Program-made: the position numbers and the translations under genes
Notes under the pieces: model-generated
Database searches by the model: none
What the model was told of the DNA's origin: nothing
The model's input: the letters and a program-made list of their open reading frames with translations, nothing else
Assembly (NCBI GenBank): GCA_002412985.1
Contig: DHWC01000036.1
Span: 20,385 to 84,384, forward strand
DNA: 64,000 nucleotides
Direction of reading: 5' to 3'
DNA from: Methylocystaceae bacterium UBA5192
GTDB taxonomy: Bacteria > Pseudomonadota > Alphaproteobacteria > Rhizobiales > Beijerinckiaceae
Shown: positions 29,644 through 39,752 of the stretch, one piece after another
Layout: each line of letters starts with the position of its first letter
How positions within the stretch are numbered: position 1 is the first letter of the stretch

Positions 29644-30948
29644 CTATTGATGCAAAGACTCCCCGTGCAACGCAATATCCAGACCCTCACGTTCATCGTC
29701 GCTATTCACCCGAAGCGAAGTAAATAGGGAAACAATTTTCAACGAAATCCATGTGCCAATCACGCACCAAACTATAGTGACGATTACGCCAATTGCCTGC
29801 ACTTGTAATTGATGCGTATCGCCCTCAATTAACCCTGCAACTCCTGGATCGCTGTCTGACGCTGTGACAAGCCGGGTCGCAAAGACCCCTGCTAGCAAGG
29901 TACCCATAATCCCGCCAATGCCATGAACGCCGAACACATCTAAGGTATCGTCGTAACGATAAAGATGTTTTGCTACAGTACAGAACCAGTAGCAGATGCA
30001 GCCGGCAATTAGGCCAATCACAACGCCATGCCAGGGTAAGACATAGCCCGAGGCAGGAGTAATTGTGCCGAGCCCGGCAACTGCGCCTGAGATGACCCCC
30101 AAAACTGAGGGCTTACCACGCTGAATCCATTCTAGCGCACTCCATATTAGCGCTCCAGAACAAGCGGCTAGATGCGTCGCTACAATTGCAAAGACAGCTC
30201 TTGAATTTGCCCCGAGCGCTGAGCCGCCATTAAAACCAAACCAGCCGACCCAGAGTAATCCTGTGCCAATAACGGCTAATGAGAGATCAAAGGGGGCTAA
30301 ATTTTCTCTCCCGAACCCGACTCTGTTGCCCAACATCAAAGCTGCGACAAGACCGGCAACGCCCGCGTTAATATGGACGACTGTGCCGCCGGCAAAATCA
30401 AGTAAGCCTAGTTTTTGTAAGAACCCGCCCCCCCAGACCCAATGAGCAGAAGGCACATAAACGAGGAAGAGCCAGACGACGCAAAAAAGCATGAATGCTG
30501 AAAACTTCATGCGTTCCGCAACAGATCCACCGACCAATGCGCAGGTGATGACCGCAAAAGTCATTTGATAGGCCATGAAGAGAACTTCTGGAATTGTTTT
30601 GGCGAAGGGACTAACGCTGTCGAGCTGCAAATCGCGAAGCAAAAAGCGCGACGTATCGCCGATCAATGCGCCTTCGCCGCAAAATGTCAGACTGTAAGCG
30701 GCAGCGATCCATAAAAGTGAGACAATCGCCGTAGCAATGAGACTTTGCGCCATAGTGGCCAAAATATTTTTTTTACGCACCATGCCGCTATAAAACAAAG
30801 CTAATCCTGGCAGCGTCATCATCAAAACTAGGGCTGTGGACGCGAGCATGAAAGCTGTGTCACCGCCGTTAAAAGCTGGTTGATCTTGAGCTAAAGCTGG
30901 GTTGATCAACAAACCAAGAATTAAAAAAGGCGCAATCAGCTTATGCAT
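29644..30948 (-). CDS. amtB: Ammonium transporter (Amt family)
   Basis: GDTAFML, PGLALFYSG, YQMTFA, DFAGGTVVH, WVGWFGFNGGS, DDTLDVFGVHG, GLDIALHGE. Start set at MHKLIAP. Confidence 0.96.
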   Translation of the reverse strand: MHKLIAPFLILGLLINPALAQDQPAFNGGDTAFMLASTALVLMMTLPGLALFYSGMVRKKNILATMAQSLIATAIVSLLWIAAAYSLTFCGEGALIGDTSRFLLRDLQLDSVSPFAKTIPEVLFMAYQMTFAVITCALVGGSVAERMKFSAFMLFCVVWLFLVYVPSAHWVWGGGFLQKLGLLDFAGGTVVHINAGVAGLVAALMLGNRVGFGRENLAPFDLSLAVIGTGLLWVGWFGFNGGSALGANSRAVFAIVATHLAACSGALIWSALEWIQRGKPSVLGVISGAVAGLGTITPASGYVLPWHGVVIGLIAGCICYWFCTVAKHLYRYDDTLDVFGVHGIGGIMGTLLAGVFATRLVTASDSDPGVAGLIEGDTHQLQVQAIGVIVTIVWCVIGTWISLKIVSLFTSLRVNSDDEREGLDIALHGESLHQ

Positions 30949-31042
30949 TGAACGGCTCTCATCTGAGTTTTCATTAGCCAAATAAAAATTACGCTTTGTA
31001 AGCGTCCCGATCTGTCTAGACGGGAGGGCTCTCTGCCTTCTC

Positions 31043-31183
31043 TGACTAAAAAGTTAGCAAATTACTTTCGGCTGATTGCTTTAAATTAAAGCAGAGCCGA
31101 TGCAATGCTCGTTATGTATTAAAAATAGGCATAAAATGATCAATAAATAGCCGATTAGCAAATTATCGCCTAATTAATAAGCT
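31043..31183. promoter_or_regulatory. Cluster of NtrC-like boxes upstream of amtB
   Basis: 17-bp TGC-N11-GCA-type sites: TGCTTTAAATTAAAGCA (31077-93), TGACTAAAAAGTTAGCA (31043-59), TGTATTAAAAATAGGCA (31115-31), plus two weaker ones. Confidence 0.65.
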
Positions 31184-31568
31184 GAAACTCAAGGGCGCTT
31201 TCCGTTTACAATTATTAACTTCTAGCTGCTCCTAAATCAGCTATTCTCTAGCGCCGCAAGATAGGGATAGGCGCGCAGATCTTAGTTAAAATGGGGCTTT
31301 CATTGCAATCAAAGGAAGTAATTCAGTTTTTTCAAACAAAGCCTTGCTGCACTGGCAAATTAAACCAGCCTAAGAGCTATAGATTAAAATCCGTCGGTCG
31401 CAGGTGCGAAGAAGTTTTAGGGATTTACCAATTGCTGAATAAAGGGTGCTTGTCGCTCAGGAATAAAAATCGATAGCGATGATAGATCATTATCATCATA
31501 TTCATGGCTCAGTAGAGATTGACCTTGATAGATCTGATTAAGAGAATAGTGGGGCGGGGTAAAATTTT

Positions 31569-32966
31569 ATGAACGCATTACTTGAGAACTGGACGCCTAA
31601 TGCGACAGTCATAAACTTCGTCGATGAAAAAACATGGCCTAAGCTTTGTCAAAAACTTACACCGATTAGCGTTAACTACGCACAAAAGTTAGGCTTTGAC
31701 GCCAAACCAGGAAGTTTATTCTTCGCGCCCGCTGTGGAGAACGAGCCTGCCAGCGTCTTTTTTGGCGTTGACCAGCAGGATACAAAAAAATCAGATCCTT
31801 TCCAGGCCGGAAAATTAGTCGCTCTCCTCCCAGCTGGTCTTTATCGCTTTGGCGATAGCGTAAATGATAAGTCACAAGCTACGTTGGCTTTTCTACTCTC
31901 GGCCTATTCATTTTCAGACTACGTAACCACAAAAAAACGCAAGCCGAGTCTTTGCGCGCCAAAAGAAATTGATCATCTTAGAATTAAGCGCATAGCTGAA
32001 GCGATTTATTTGGGCAGAAATCTTGTTAATACTCCGGCCAATGATATGGGGCCTGAGGCATTGGAACAGGCGGCATTAGCCCTTGCAAAGAAATATGGCG
32101 CGGAAACCAAGAAGTTTGTCGCAGAAGATCTCCTGCATAAAAACTTTCCTCTTATTCATGCTGTGGGGCGGGCTGCAGCGCAAGCACCTCGCTTAGTTGA
32201 GTTCTGGCATGGTCCAATGGACGGTCTGAAGATTACGCTTGTTGGAAAAGGCGTTTGTTTTGATAGTGGTGGGTTGGATATCAAGCCCGCTAGCGCGATG
32301 CAGCTGATGAAAAAAGATATGGGTGGCGCTGCGACAACCTTGTCCTTAGCTATGATGATAATGGACAGCGATATTCCAGTTAGATTGCGCGTCCTTATTC
32401 CTATCGTTGAAAATTCAATCTCTGCAAACGCCTTTCGACCTGGCGACATTTATCCTAGTCGTAAAGGCTTGAGTGTAGAAATAGGCGACACAGATGCGGA
32501 AGGTCGATTAATTCTTGCAGATGCATTGGCTTATGCCGGAGAAGAGCCACATGATTTATTATTCAATTTCGCAACATTGACTGGCGCAGCGCGTGTAGCG
32601 CTTGGACCTGAATTACCGCCCTTTTATACAGATGACGATGAACTGGCTCAGGAAATTTTTTCACATGCGATGAAAAGTTATGATCCTTTGTGGAGGATGC
32701 CCTTGTGGAATAATTATGACAAGGCTTTGGAAGGTAAAATATCTGACCTTGTCAGCGTAACCAGCGGTGGTTTTTCCGGCTCAATCACAGCAGCGCTTTT
32801 CTTGCGCAGATTTGTTAATGATCCCAGTAAATGGGCGCATTTCGATATTTATGCATGGAACCCTATCACAAAGCCAGGAAAACCAGAAGGCGGAGAGATT
32901 CAAGCTGCGCGTGCTCTTTATGATTTAATTGAGCGGCGGGTTGAGGAAAGAAAGTTATCCCGGTGA
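31569..32966 (+). CDS. M17 leucyl aminopeptidase family protein
   Basis: LVGKGVCFDSGGLDIKP, MKKDMGGAA, DTDAEGRLILADAL, ATLTGAARVALG. Confidence 0.95.
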   Translation: MNALLENWTPNATVINFVDEKTWPKLCQKLTPISVNYAQKLGFDAKPGSLFFAPAVENEPASVFFGVDQQDTKKSDPFQAGKLVALLPAGLYRFGDSVNDKSQATLAFLLSAYSFSDYVTTKKRKPSLCAPKEIDHLRIKRIAEAIYLGRNLVNTPANDMGPEALEQAALALAKKYGAETKKFVAEDLLHKNFPLIHAVGRAAAQAPRLVEFWHGPMDGLKITLVGKGVCFDSGGLDIKPASAMQLMKKDMGGAATTLSLAMMIMDSDIPVRLRVLIPIVENSISANAFRPGDIYPSRKGLSVEIGDTDAEGRLILADALAYAGEEPHDLLFNFATLTGAARVALGPELPPFYTDDDELAQEIFSHAMKSYDPLWRMPLWNNYDKALEGKISDLVSVTSGGFSGSITAALFLRRFVNDPSKWAHFDIYAWNPITKPGKPEGGEIQAARALYDLIERRVEERKLSR

Positions 32967-33808
32967 ACCAGAAATTTGATCGTCGTTTAACGCCCGCCCG
33001 GAGTGACTTAGCGGCATCTTATTTGAAAGGCCAAGTTGAGGCCGATTGTTTTAAAGATGGCGCGCCGATGGAGGTGCGGGAATGTATCGTTGATCTCAGG
33101 CGTGATCCTCGGCCAGATTCTTCTGTTGATACGCAGGTTCTCTTTGGGGAAGGCGTACAAGTATATGATGAGGAGGAAGGCTGGGTTTGGGTCCAATTGC
33201 ATAATGACCAATATGTCGGTTGGATCGCAGCTAACACGCTTTGGAGCAAGCTAAGTCGCCCAACGCATCGCGTATGTGTCCCACGAACTTTCATTTATCC
33301 AGGTCCAAGTATAAAATTACCGCCTTTGCAGGCGCTTCCTCTTGGGGCTGAGATCGAGGTCGTCGAAGCGCGCGGTGATTTCTTGATGACGACAAATTCG
33401 TGTTTCATCTATGGCGCTCATCTCGCGCCTATAGGGGAAAATAATCCTGATTTTGTTGCAGTTGCAGAAAAATTCCTTAATGCGCCCTATCTTTGGGGCG
33501 GCAAATCATGGATGGGCATAGATTGTTCAGGTTTGGTGCAGATCTCTTTATTGATGAGTGGTTATAAAGCCCCGCGAGATAGCGACATGCAGGAAATGCA
33601 GTTAGGCAAGCCGATTGACAATCATACGGCATTGCAGCGCGGAGATCTCATTTTCTGGAAAGGACATGTCGGCATTATGCGCGATGAAGTTACATTATTG
33701 CATGCCAATGGGTCGCACATGTTAGTGTCAAGTGAGCCGCTTTCATTAGTAAGAGATCGTAATTTACAGGCAGGAGCCGGCGAAATTACAAGCTATCGTC
33801 GATTATAA
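32963..33808 (+). CDS. NlpC/P60 (C40) peptidase with SH3-like N-terminal domains
   Basis: DRRLTPARSDLAA, TQVLFGE, PYLWGG, DCSGLVQ, PRDSDMQ, FWKGHVG, LLHAN. Confidence 0.93.
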   Translation: MNQKFDRRLTPARSDLAASYLKGQVEADCFKDGAPMEVRECIVDLRRDPRPDSSVDTQVLFGEGVQVYDEEEGWVWVQLHNDQYVGWIAANTLWSKLSRPTHRVCVPRTFIYPGPSIKLPPLQALPLGAEIEVVEARGDFLMTTNSCFIYGAHLAPIGENNPDFVAVAEKFLNAPYLWGGKSWMGIDCSGLVQISLLMSGYKAPRDSDMQEMQLGKPIDNHTALQRGDLIFWKGHVGIMRDEVTLLHANGSHMLVSSEPLSLVRDRNLQAGAGEITSYRRL

Positions 33809-33830
33809 TAAAGTCTCGATCCTCTTATCA

Positions 33831-35453
33831 TTAATCGAGTGGCTCAACTTTATTGTGAAATGCTGCAGCAAATAAAGCGCGCGTATACTCTTGTTTCGGA
33901 TTAGCGAATATTTCTTCAGCTGATCCTGATTCGACAACTTTTCCATGACGCATAACAATCAGATGCGCTGCTAACGCTTTGACAACGCGTAAATCATGAC
34001 TAATAAAAAGATAGGCTAATGACATGCGATTTTGCAAATCGCGCAATAAATCTATGATTTGAGCTTGTACTGACATATCCAGCGCAGATGTGGGCTCATC
34101 TAAAACGATAAATTTTGGTTCAAGAACGATAGCTCTTGCAATTGCAATGCGCTGCCTTTGTCCGCCCGAAAACTCATGTGGATACCGATCCATTGTGCTC
34201 GGATCAAGGCCGGTTTCTTTAAGGGCTTTTCCAACTATTTCCCGTCTTTCGTGGAGAGATAGTTCAGGGCGTTGAACGGTTAGGCCTTCTGCAACAATTT
34301 CTGCAACAGACATACGCGGCGAGAGAGAGCCATACGGATCTTGGAAAACTATTTGCATATCACGTCTAATTGGACGCATATCCGCTACACTTGCGCCATC
34401 AATATTGTTTCCAAGAAAAACAATAGGTCCTTCAGAACGTATTAAACGCAGTAATGCGAGAGCGAGGGTCGTTTTACCTGATCCGGATTCTCCAACAACG
34501 CCAACTGTTGAGCCAGCGTGAACTTTCAACGTTACCCCATCTACGGCTTTGATATGATCTACCGTTCGCCTCATGAATCCACGTTTTATTGGAAACCAAA
34601 CCCGCAGGTTATCAGCTGAGATGACAATTGGGGCATTTTCATTTTCTTTGAGCGGTAAACCTTTAGGCTCGGCGCTCAGTAATGCTTTAGTGTAGGGATG
34701 CGTGGGTTTAGAAAATACGCTAATCACATCGCCTTTTTCGACGATTTCTCCTTTTTTCATTACGCATACATGACTTGCAAAACGACGGACTAACCCTAGG
34801 TCATGAGTTATAAATAGGATAGCCATGTGATAGTTTTTTTGGAGCCGTTCAAGCAAGGCTAGAATTTGCGCCTGAACAGTTACGTCCAGCGCAGTAGTTG
34901 GCTCATCAGCAATAAGTAAATCAGGCTTATTTGCTAGAGCCATTGCGATCATTACCCTTTGACGCTGTCCTCCCGATAATTGATGAGGGTAGGCGCCAAG
35001 TCGTGCACTGGGATTTGGAATGCCAACTTCTGTTAATAATTCAATGACGCGCGCACGTCTTACTGACTCTTGATTTAACCCATGGAGTTCAAGTATTTCG
35101 CTTATTTGTCGCTCAATCGTATGCAGCGGATTGAGAGAGGTCATAGGTTCTTGAAAAACCATTGTTATCCGAGCGCCGCGGATTTTGCGCAAGGATTCGT
35201 CATCAAGCTTCAGTAAATCTTCTTGAGAAAAATAAGCTTCGCCAGAATATTTTGCGCCAGGCGGCAACAAGCGCACTAATGATAAAGCGCTAATTGACTT
35301 ACCTGAACCAGATTCGCCAACGAGCGCTAATGTTTTCCCCGCTTCAATTGAAAAGGAGATCCTATTAACGGCGACTGTTTCTCGGCCATTTTGACTGAAT
35401 GATACCGAAAGGTCTCGAACATCCAGCAGAGGATTAGTCAAACTCTCTGTCAT
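33831..35453 (-). CDS. yejF: Peptide ABC transporter ATPase (two NBDs), YejF
   Basis: Two GESGSGK Walker A motifs, LSGGQRQR/FSGGQRQR, DEPT. Confidence 0.9.
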   Translation of the reverse strand: MTESLTNPLLDVRDLSVSFSQNGRETVAVNRISFSIEAGKTLALVGESGSGKSISALSLVRLLPPGAKYSGEAYFSQEDLLKLDDESLRKIRGARITMVFQEPMTSLNPLHTIERQISEILELHGLNQESVRRARVIELLTEVGIPNPSARLGAYPHQLSGGQRQRVMIAMALANKPDLLIADEPTTALDVTVQAQILALLERLQKNYHMAILFITHDLGLVRRFASHVCVMKKGEIVEKGDVISVFSKPTHPYTKALLSAEPKGLPLKENENAPIVISADNLRVWFPIKRGFMRRTVDHIKAVDGVTLKVHAGSTVGVVGESGSGKTTLALALLRLIRSEGPIVFLGNNIDGASVADMRPIRRDMQIVFQDPYGSLSPRMSVAEIVAEGLTVQRPELSLHERREIVGKALKETGLDPSTMDRYPHEFSGGQRQRIAIARAIVLEPKFIVLDEPTSALDMSVQAQIIDLLRDLQNRMSLAYLFISHDLRVVKALAAHLIVMRHGKVVESGSAEEIFANPKQEYTRALFAAAFHNKVEPLD

Positions 35454-36616
35454 TCGAAACTTTTCCTCGGGTCAAAGGCGTCGCGAACTGACTCGCCAAT
35501 AAAGATCAACAAGGCAAGCATTAGCGCAATGATACAAAAGCCAGTCAGAGCAAGCCATGGAGCCTGCAGATTAGATTTACCCTGAAGGAGAAGCTCCCCC
35601 AGTGAAGGAGAACCAGGAGGCAGTCCAAATCCTAAAAAATCTAATGATGTGAGTGTTGTTATCGAGGAGTTTAGAATAAAGGGTAGAAATGTCAGTGTAG
35701 CTACAGTGGCGTTCGGCAGTAAGTGCTGCATGATAATACGATAATTACTAAGACCTAATGCGCGAGCTGCATTCACATATTCAAAATTACGAGCTCTGAA
35801 AAATTCAGCGCGAACAACATGGACAAGAGATACCCATGAAAAGAGCAAAAGAATGCCAAGCAAAACGAAAAAGCCTGGCGTTAGAAAAGATGAAATTATA
35901 ATTAATAGATAAAGTTGCGGTAGGGATGACCAGATTTCGATGAATCTTTGAAAAATCAGGTCTACGGCGCCGCCAAAATAGCCCTGCACTGCGCCTGCAG
36001 CAACTCCTATAATTGAGGATACAGTTGCTAGGATTAATCCAAATAGCACCGATAATCGGAAGCCATAAAGCAATCTTGCAACGACATCTCGTCCCTGATC
36101 GTCGGTTCCAAGCCAATTCCATTCAATATCTGCACAACCATGATTGGGGTGATCAGACTTATTGAGTTTAGCAGCTGCAGCCTCACATTGTCGGTCGCTG
36201 AGCATCCATGTAGGCGGCGAGGGAGCTGGCGTTGGCAGATCAAGGTTATGCGTATCATAGGAGTAGCGCACAGGCGGCCAAATCATCCAACCTTGAGCTT
36301 TAATTTCATTTTCGATGGTAGGGTCTCGATAATCGGTTCTGGCGAGAAAACCGCCAAATTTTTCTTCTGGATAGGTTATGAAAACAGGAAATAATATTTC
36401 ACCTTTATAATAGGCAATTATCGGTCGATCATTAGCAAGAATATTTGATAGCATCGACATGACAAAGAGGGTCATGAAAATCCAAAATGACCAATAACCG
36501 CGTTTATTAGCCTTGAAGTTGGCAAGACGCCTTTTATTTAGCGGCGTAAGTTTTAACCAGCCAGTGCGCACAACGGGCGGAGCGAGTTGGTCGGAAGCAG
36601 TCGTAGGTCCCACCAC
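35450..36616 (-). CDS. yejE: Peptide ABC transporter permease YejE
   Basis: FKANKRGYWS, ANDRP, LGTDDQGRDV, LDFLGFGLPPGSPSLGELL, RDAFDPRK. Confidence 0.92.
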   Translation of the reverse strand: MVGPTTASDQLAPPVVRTGWLKLTPLNKRRLANFKANKRGYWSFWIFMTLFVMSMLSNILANDRPIIAYYKGEILFPVFITYPEEKFGGFLARTDYRDPTIENEIKAQGWMIWPPVRYSYDTHNLDLPTPAPSPPTWMLSDRQCEAAAAKLNKSDHPNHGCADIEWNWLGTDDQGRDVVARLLYGFRLSVLFGLILATVSSIIGVAAGAVQGYFGGAVDLIFQRFIEIWSSLPQLYLLIIISSFLTPGFFVLLGILLLFSWVSLVHVVRAEFFRARNFEYVNAARALGLSNYRIIMQHLLPNATVATLTFLPFILNSSITTLTSLDFLGFGLPPGSPSLGELLLQGKSNLQAPWLALTGFCIIALMLALLIFIGESVRDAFDPRKSFE

Positions 36617-37728
36617 TAGACCTCCCGCGTTTCAAAATCGATGCGGGGGTCAATCCAAGTATATGTCAGATCCGAAATGAGGTTTACGACCAGTCCCAAC
36701 AGCGCAAAAATATAAAGATTGGCGAAAACTACAGGATAGTCTCGATTTACGATGCTTTCGAAAGAGAGATAACCAAGTCCATCAAGTGAAAATATAGTCT
36801 CAATCAAAACTGATCCCGTGAAAAAGGCGTGAACAAAAGCCCCGGGAAAACCCGCTATAACGATCAACATAGCATTACGAAAGACATGTCCATAAAGAAC
36901 TCGATTTTCAGTTAGACCCTTCATACGCGCAGTTTGAACATATTGTTTACGAATTTCATCAAGGAATGAGTTTTTTGTTAAAAATGTTTGTGTCGCAAAA
37001 GCGCCTAAGGTCATGGCGCTGACCGGCAGTATGATATGCCAGCCATAATCTATTATTTTACCTAAGTAAGAAAGTTGATCAAAATTATCTGAAGTCAGGC
37101 CTCTTAGCGGAAATATTTGCCAAAATGAGCCTCCCGCAAAAAGAACGATTAATAGCATTGCAAATAAAAAGCTCGGTATAGCATAGCCGATGATGATTAC
37201 ATTTGAGGTCCACATATCAAATTTTGATCCATCGCGAACGGCCTTTGCAATCCCAAGCGGTATTGAAATGGAGTATGAAATGAGAGTCATCCAAAATCCC
37301 AGCGACATAGACACGGGCAATTTATCAGCGATTAGTTTGATAACGCTTTCATCTCGGAAATAACTGCGTCCAAAGTCAAAGACAGCATAATTTTTGACCA
37401 TAAGCAGAAATCTCTCCCAGGCTGGCTTATCAAAGCCAAATTGTCGTTCGAGCTCTGCAATAAATTTAGGATCAAGTCCTTGAGCGCCGCGATATTTCGA
37501 AGCTGTTTCGGCCATCATTGGCCCTGCCTGGCTCGCTGCGCCTTGGCCGACATCGCCGCCTCCGCCCGAGAAACGTCCGGCGGCTCCAACGTCAAACCCT
37601 TGCAACTGCGCGATGATGCGTTCAACGGGTCCGCCAGGCGCAAATTGCACAATCGCAAATGAAATAAGCATAATCCCCAAAATTGTTGGGATCATGAGTA
37701 GAATACGTCGAGCGATATAAGCGCCCAT
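36616..37728 (-). CDS. yejB: Peptide ABC transporter permease YejB
   Basis: QFAPGGPVE, YRGAQGLDP, LTKNSFLDEIRKQY, DPRIDFE. Confidence 0.93.
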   Translation of the reverse strand: MGAYIARRILLMIPTILGIMLISFAIVQFAPGGPVERIIAQLQGFDVGAAGRFSGGGGDVGQGAASQAGPMMAETASKYRGAQGLDPKFIAELERQFGFDKPAWERFLLMVKNYAVFDFGRSYFRDESVIKLIADKLPVSMSLGFWMTLISYSISIPLGIAKAVRDGSKFDMWTSNVIIIGYAIPSFLFAMLLIVLFAGGSFWQIFPLRGLTSDNFDQLSYLGKIIDYGWHIILPVSAMTLGAFATQTFLTKNSFLDEIRKQYVQTARMKGLTENRVLYGHVFRNAMLIVIAGFPGAFVHAFFTGSVLIETIFSLDGLGYLSFESIVNRDYPVVFANLYIFALLGLVVNLISDLTYTWIDPRIDFETREV

Positions 37729-37730
37729 TA

Positions 37731-39611
37731 TTAACGCCCCTTAAAATTTATTTTTCGAGCTTTCTCTTCATTCCATGACCATGTCCACAACACGCCTGTG
37801 TCAAAACGCGGCGCGTTTTCCGGCTTATCGAAGAGATCCCAATAAGCATAGCGATGAACAGGATTATACCAATGCGGAACCCAATAGCGTTGCGATCTAA
37901 GCACTCTGTCAAGTGCTCGGCAGCATGTGATGAGCTCTTCACGGGTAGTTACAGTTAATGCCCGATCAACAAGTGAATCAATCGCTGGATGAGAAATGCC
38001 TGGTAAATTACGAGAACCATTAACGTTGGCTGTTGCTGAACTAAAATAAGCGCGGAGTTCTTCTCCAGGGTTCCAGGCCATCATTAATACATCATGGACA
38101 ACATCAAAATCAAAATCTTCTAATCGTTTTTTATACTGTGCAGCATCTACTATTCGCAATCTAGCCGTGACGCCAAGCAGTTTAAGATTTTTTATGAATG
38201 GCTGGGTATGTCTTTCAAATACATTTGAGTTATCTAGAAATTCAAATTCAAGTGGCGTGCCGTCAGAGAGATAGAGACGTCCATCTTTGCGCTGACAGCC
38301 CGCCGCGATAAATAAATCATTGGCCTTTTTGAGTAAGTTCCGATCTTGGCCTGACCCGTCTGAAATAGGGGAGACGAAGGGATCTTCAAATACTTCTTTT
38401 GGAAGCTGCTTTCTATAGGGATCAAGAAGCGCTACTTCATCAGCGCTTGGATAAGCGGAGGCTGCAAGTTCGGAATTTTCAAAATAAGATGAAATTCTTT
38501 TATACGCGTCATACATCAAATTACGACTTGTCCACTCAAAATCGAAAGCATAGCCAATAGCTTCTCGTATGCGAGGGTCATTAAAGATTTTCCGACGTGT
38601 ATTAAAAACCCAGCCCTGAATATTGGGGATGTTGTTATTTGGCGCTGTTGCGCGCTTAACGCGTCCATCATGAGCGGCAGGAAAATCATAACCAGTCGCC
38701 CAAACACGGGCTATATTTTCTTCTCGTTCTGTGAAGGCGCCAGCTTTGAATGCTTCAAAAGCCACCTGGCTGTCTGCAAAATATTCGAATCGAACGATGT
38801 CAAAATTACCTTGACCAATAGATATGGGCAAATCTTTCGCCCAGTAATCCTTATTCCGGTGATAGGCTATGAAACGTCCTTGTTCATATTCTCCGACTTT
38901 ATACGGACCGGAACCAAGAGGTGGGTCAAGAGTAGTAGCTTCAAAATCTCGCTTCTCGTAGTAAGCTCGCGAAAATATTGGTTGATTGACAATTGTTAGC
39001 GGCAAATCACGCGAACGACCTGCTGCAAGTTGAACAAACAAAATGTCCTCTGCTTGCGCTTCTGCTTTAACTAAATCTCTTAAGCTTTGACTGATTACTG
39101 GATGTCCCTTGCTTTTGAGAATATTTAAAGAAAATGCTGCATCTTCAGCAGTTAGTCGTGAACCATCGTGAAAGCGGGCTTCTTTCCGCAGTTTAAAGAT
39201 ATAGGTGAGTTTATCAGGCGAAATCTTTACTGAACGGGCGACAAGGCCATAATAAGCATCGCGTTCGTCAAGGCTTTGATTCATTAGTGTATCAAAAACA
39301 AGCGACATTCCTGTTGCGGGATTGCCACGCAAAACATAGGCGTTGAATGTATCAAAGGTAGGGCTTGAGGGAGACAATGCCAGCACGCCGCCTTTAGGCG
39401 CTTTTGGATTGACATAATTAAAATATTTGAAATCTGCAGGCTGTTCGAGATTGCCGAAGGTTGAGAGCCCATGACTTTCTACGCCTTCTTCAATAAGCGC
39501 AGATGTTTCTTTTGATTGCGCGCTCGGCAATAGCGAACTGGCTAAACCAACTGCGCCTACGCCAATGAGTTTGCGCCGACTGAGCGCGAAGGGAGATAAG
39601 AGATCAGTCAA
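37731..39611 (-). CDS. yejA: Peptide ABC transporter substrate-binding protein YejA (Tat signal)
   Basis: SRRKLI Tat motif, HGLSTFG, YVNPKAPKGG, ARFHDG, LGSGPY, FDFEW, LDRVL. Confidence 0.9.
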   Translation of the reverse strand: MTDLLSPFALSRRKLIGVGAVGLASSLLPSAQSKETSALIEEGVESHGLSTFGNLEQPADFKYFNYVNPKAPKGGVLALSPSSPTFDTFNAYVLRGNPATGMSLVFDTLMNQSLDERDAYYGLVARSVKISPDKLTYIFKLRKEARFHDGSRLTAEDAAFSLNILKSKGHPVISQSLRDLVKAEAQAEDILFVQLAAGRSRDLPLTIVNQPIFSRAYYEKRDFEATTLDPPLGSGPYKVGEYEQGRFIAYHRNKDYWAKDLPISIGQGNFDIVRFEYFADSQVAFEAFKAGAFTEREENIARVWATGYDFPAAHDGRVKRATAPNNNIPNIQGWVFNTRRKIFNDPRIREAIGYAFDFEWTSRNLMYDAYKRISSYFENSELAASAYPSADEVALLDPYRKQLPKEVFEDPFVSPISDGSGQDRNLLKKANDLFIAAGCQRKDGRLYLSDGTPLEFEFLDNSNVFERHTQPFIKNLKLLGVTARLRIVDAAQYKKRLEDFDFDVVHDVLMMAWNPGEELRAYFSSATANVNGSRNLPGISHPAIDSLVDRALTVTTREELITCCRALDRVLRSQRYWVPHWYNPVHRYAYWDLFDKPENAPRFDTGVLWTWSWNEEKARKINFKGR

Positions 39612-39752
39612 AAATCCATGCTCACTCTTGGGAAGAGGCTTTCGCCTTTTTCAGGATGATTCTTGGAGATTACGACGGATTTTATGATTTGGGCGACAAT
39701 AATTATCTATAATTGTATACTGAGGCGTTCTCCCCGGCATTCTGAATTCAGG

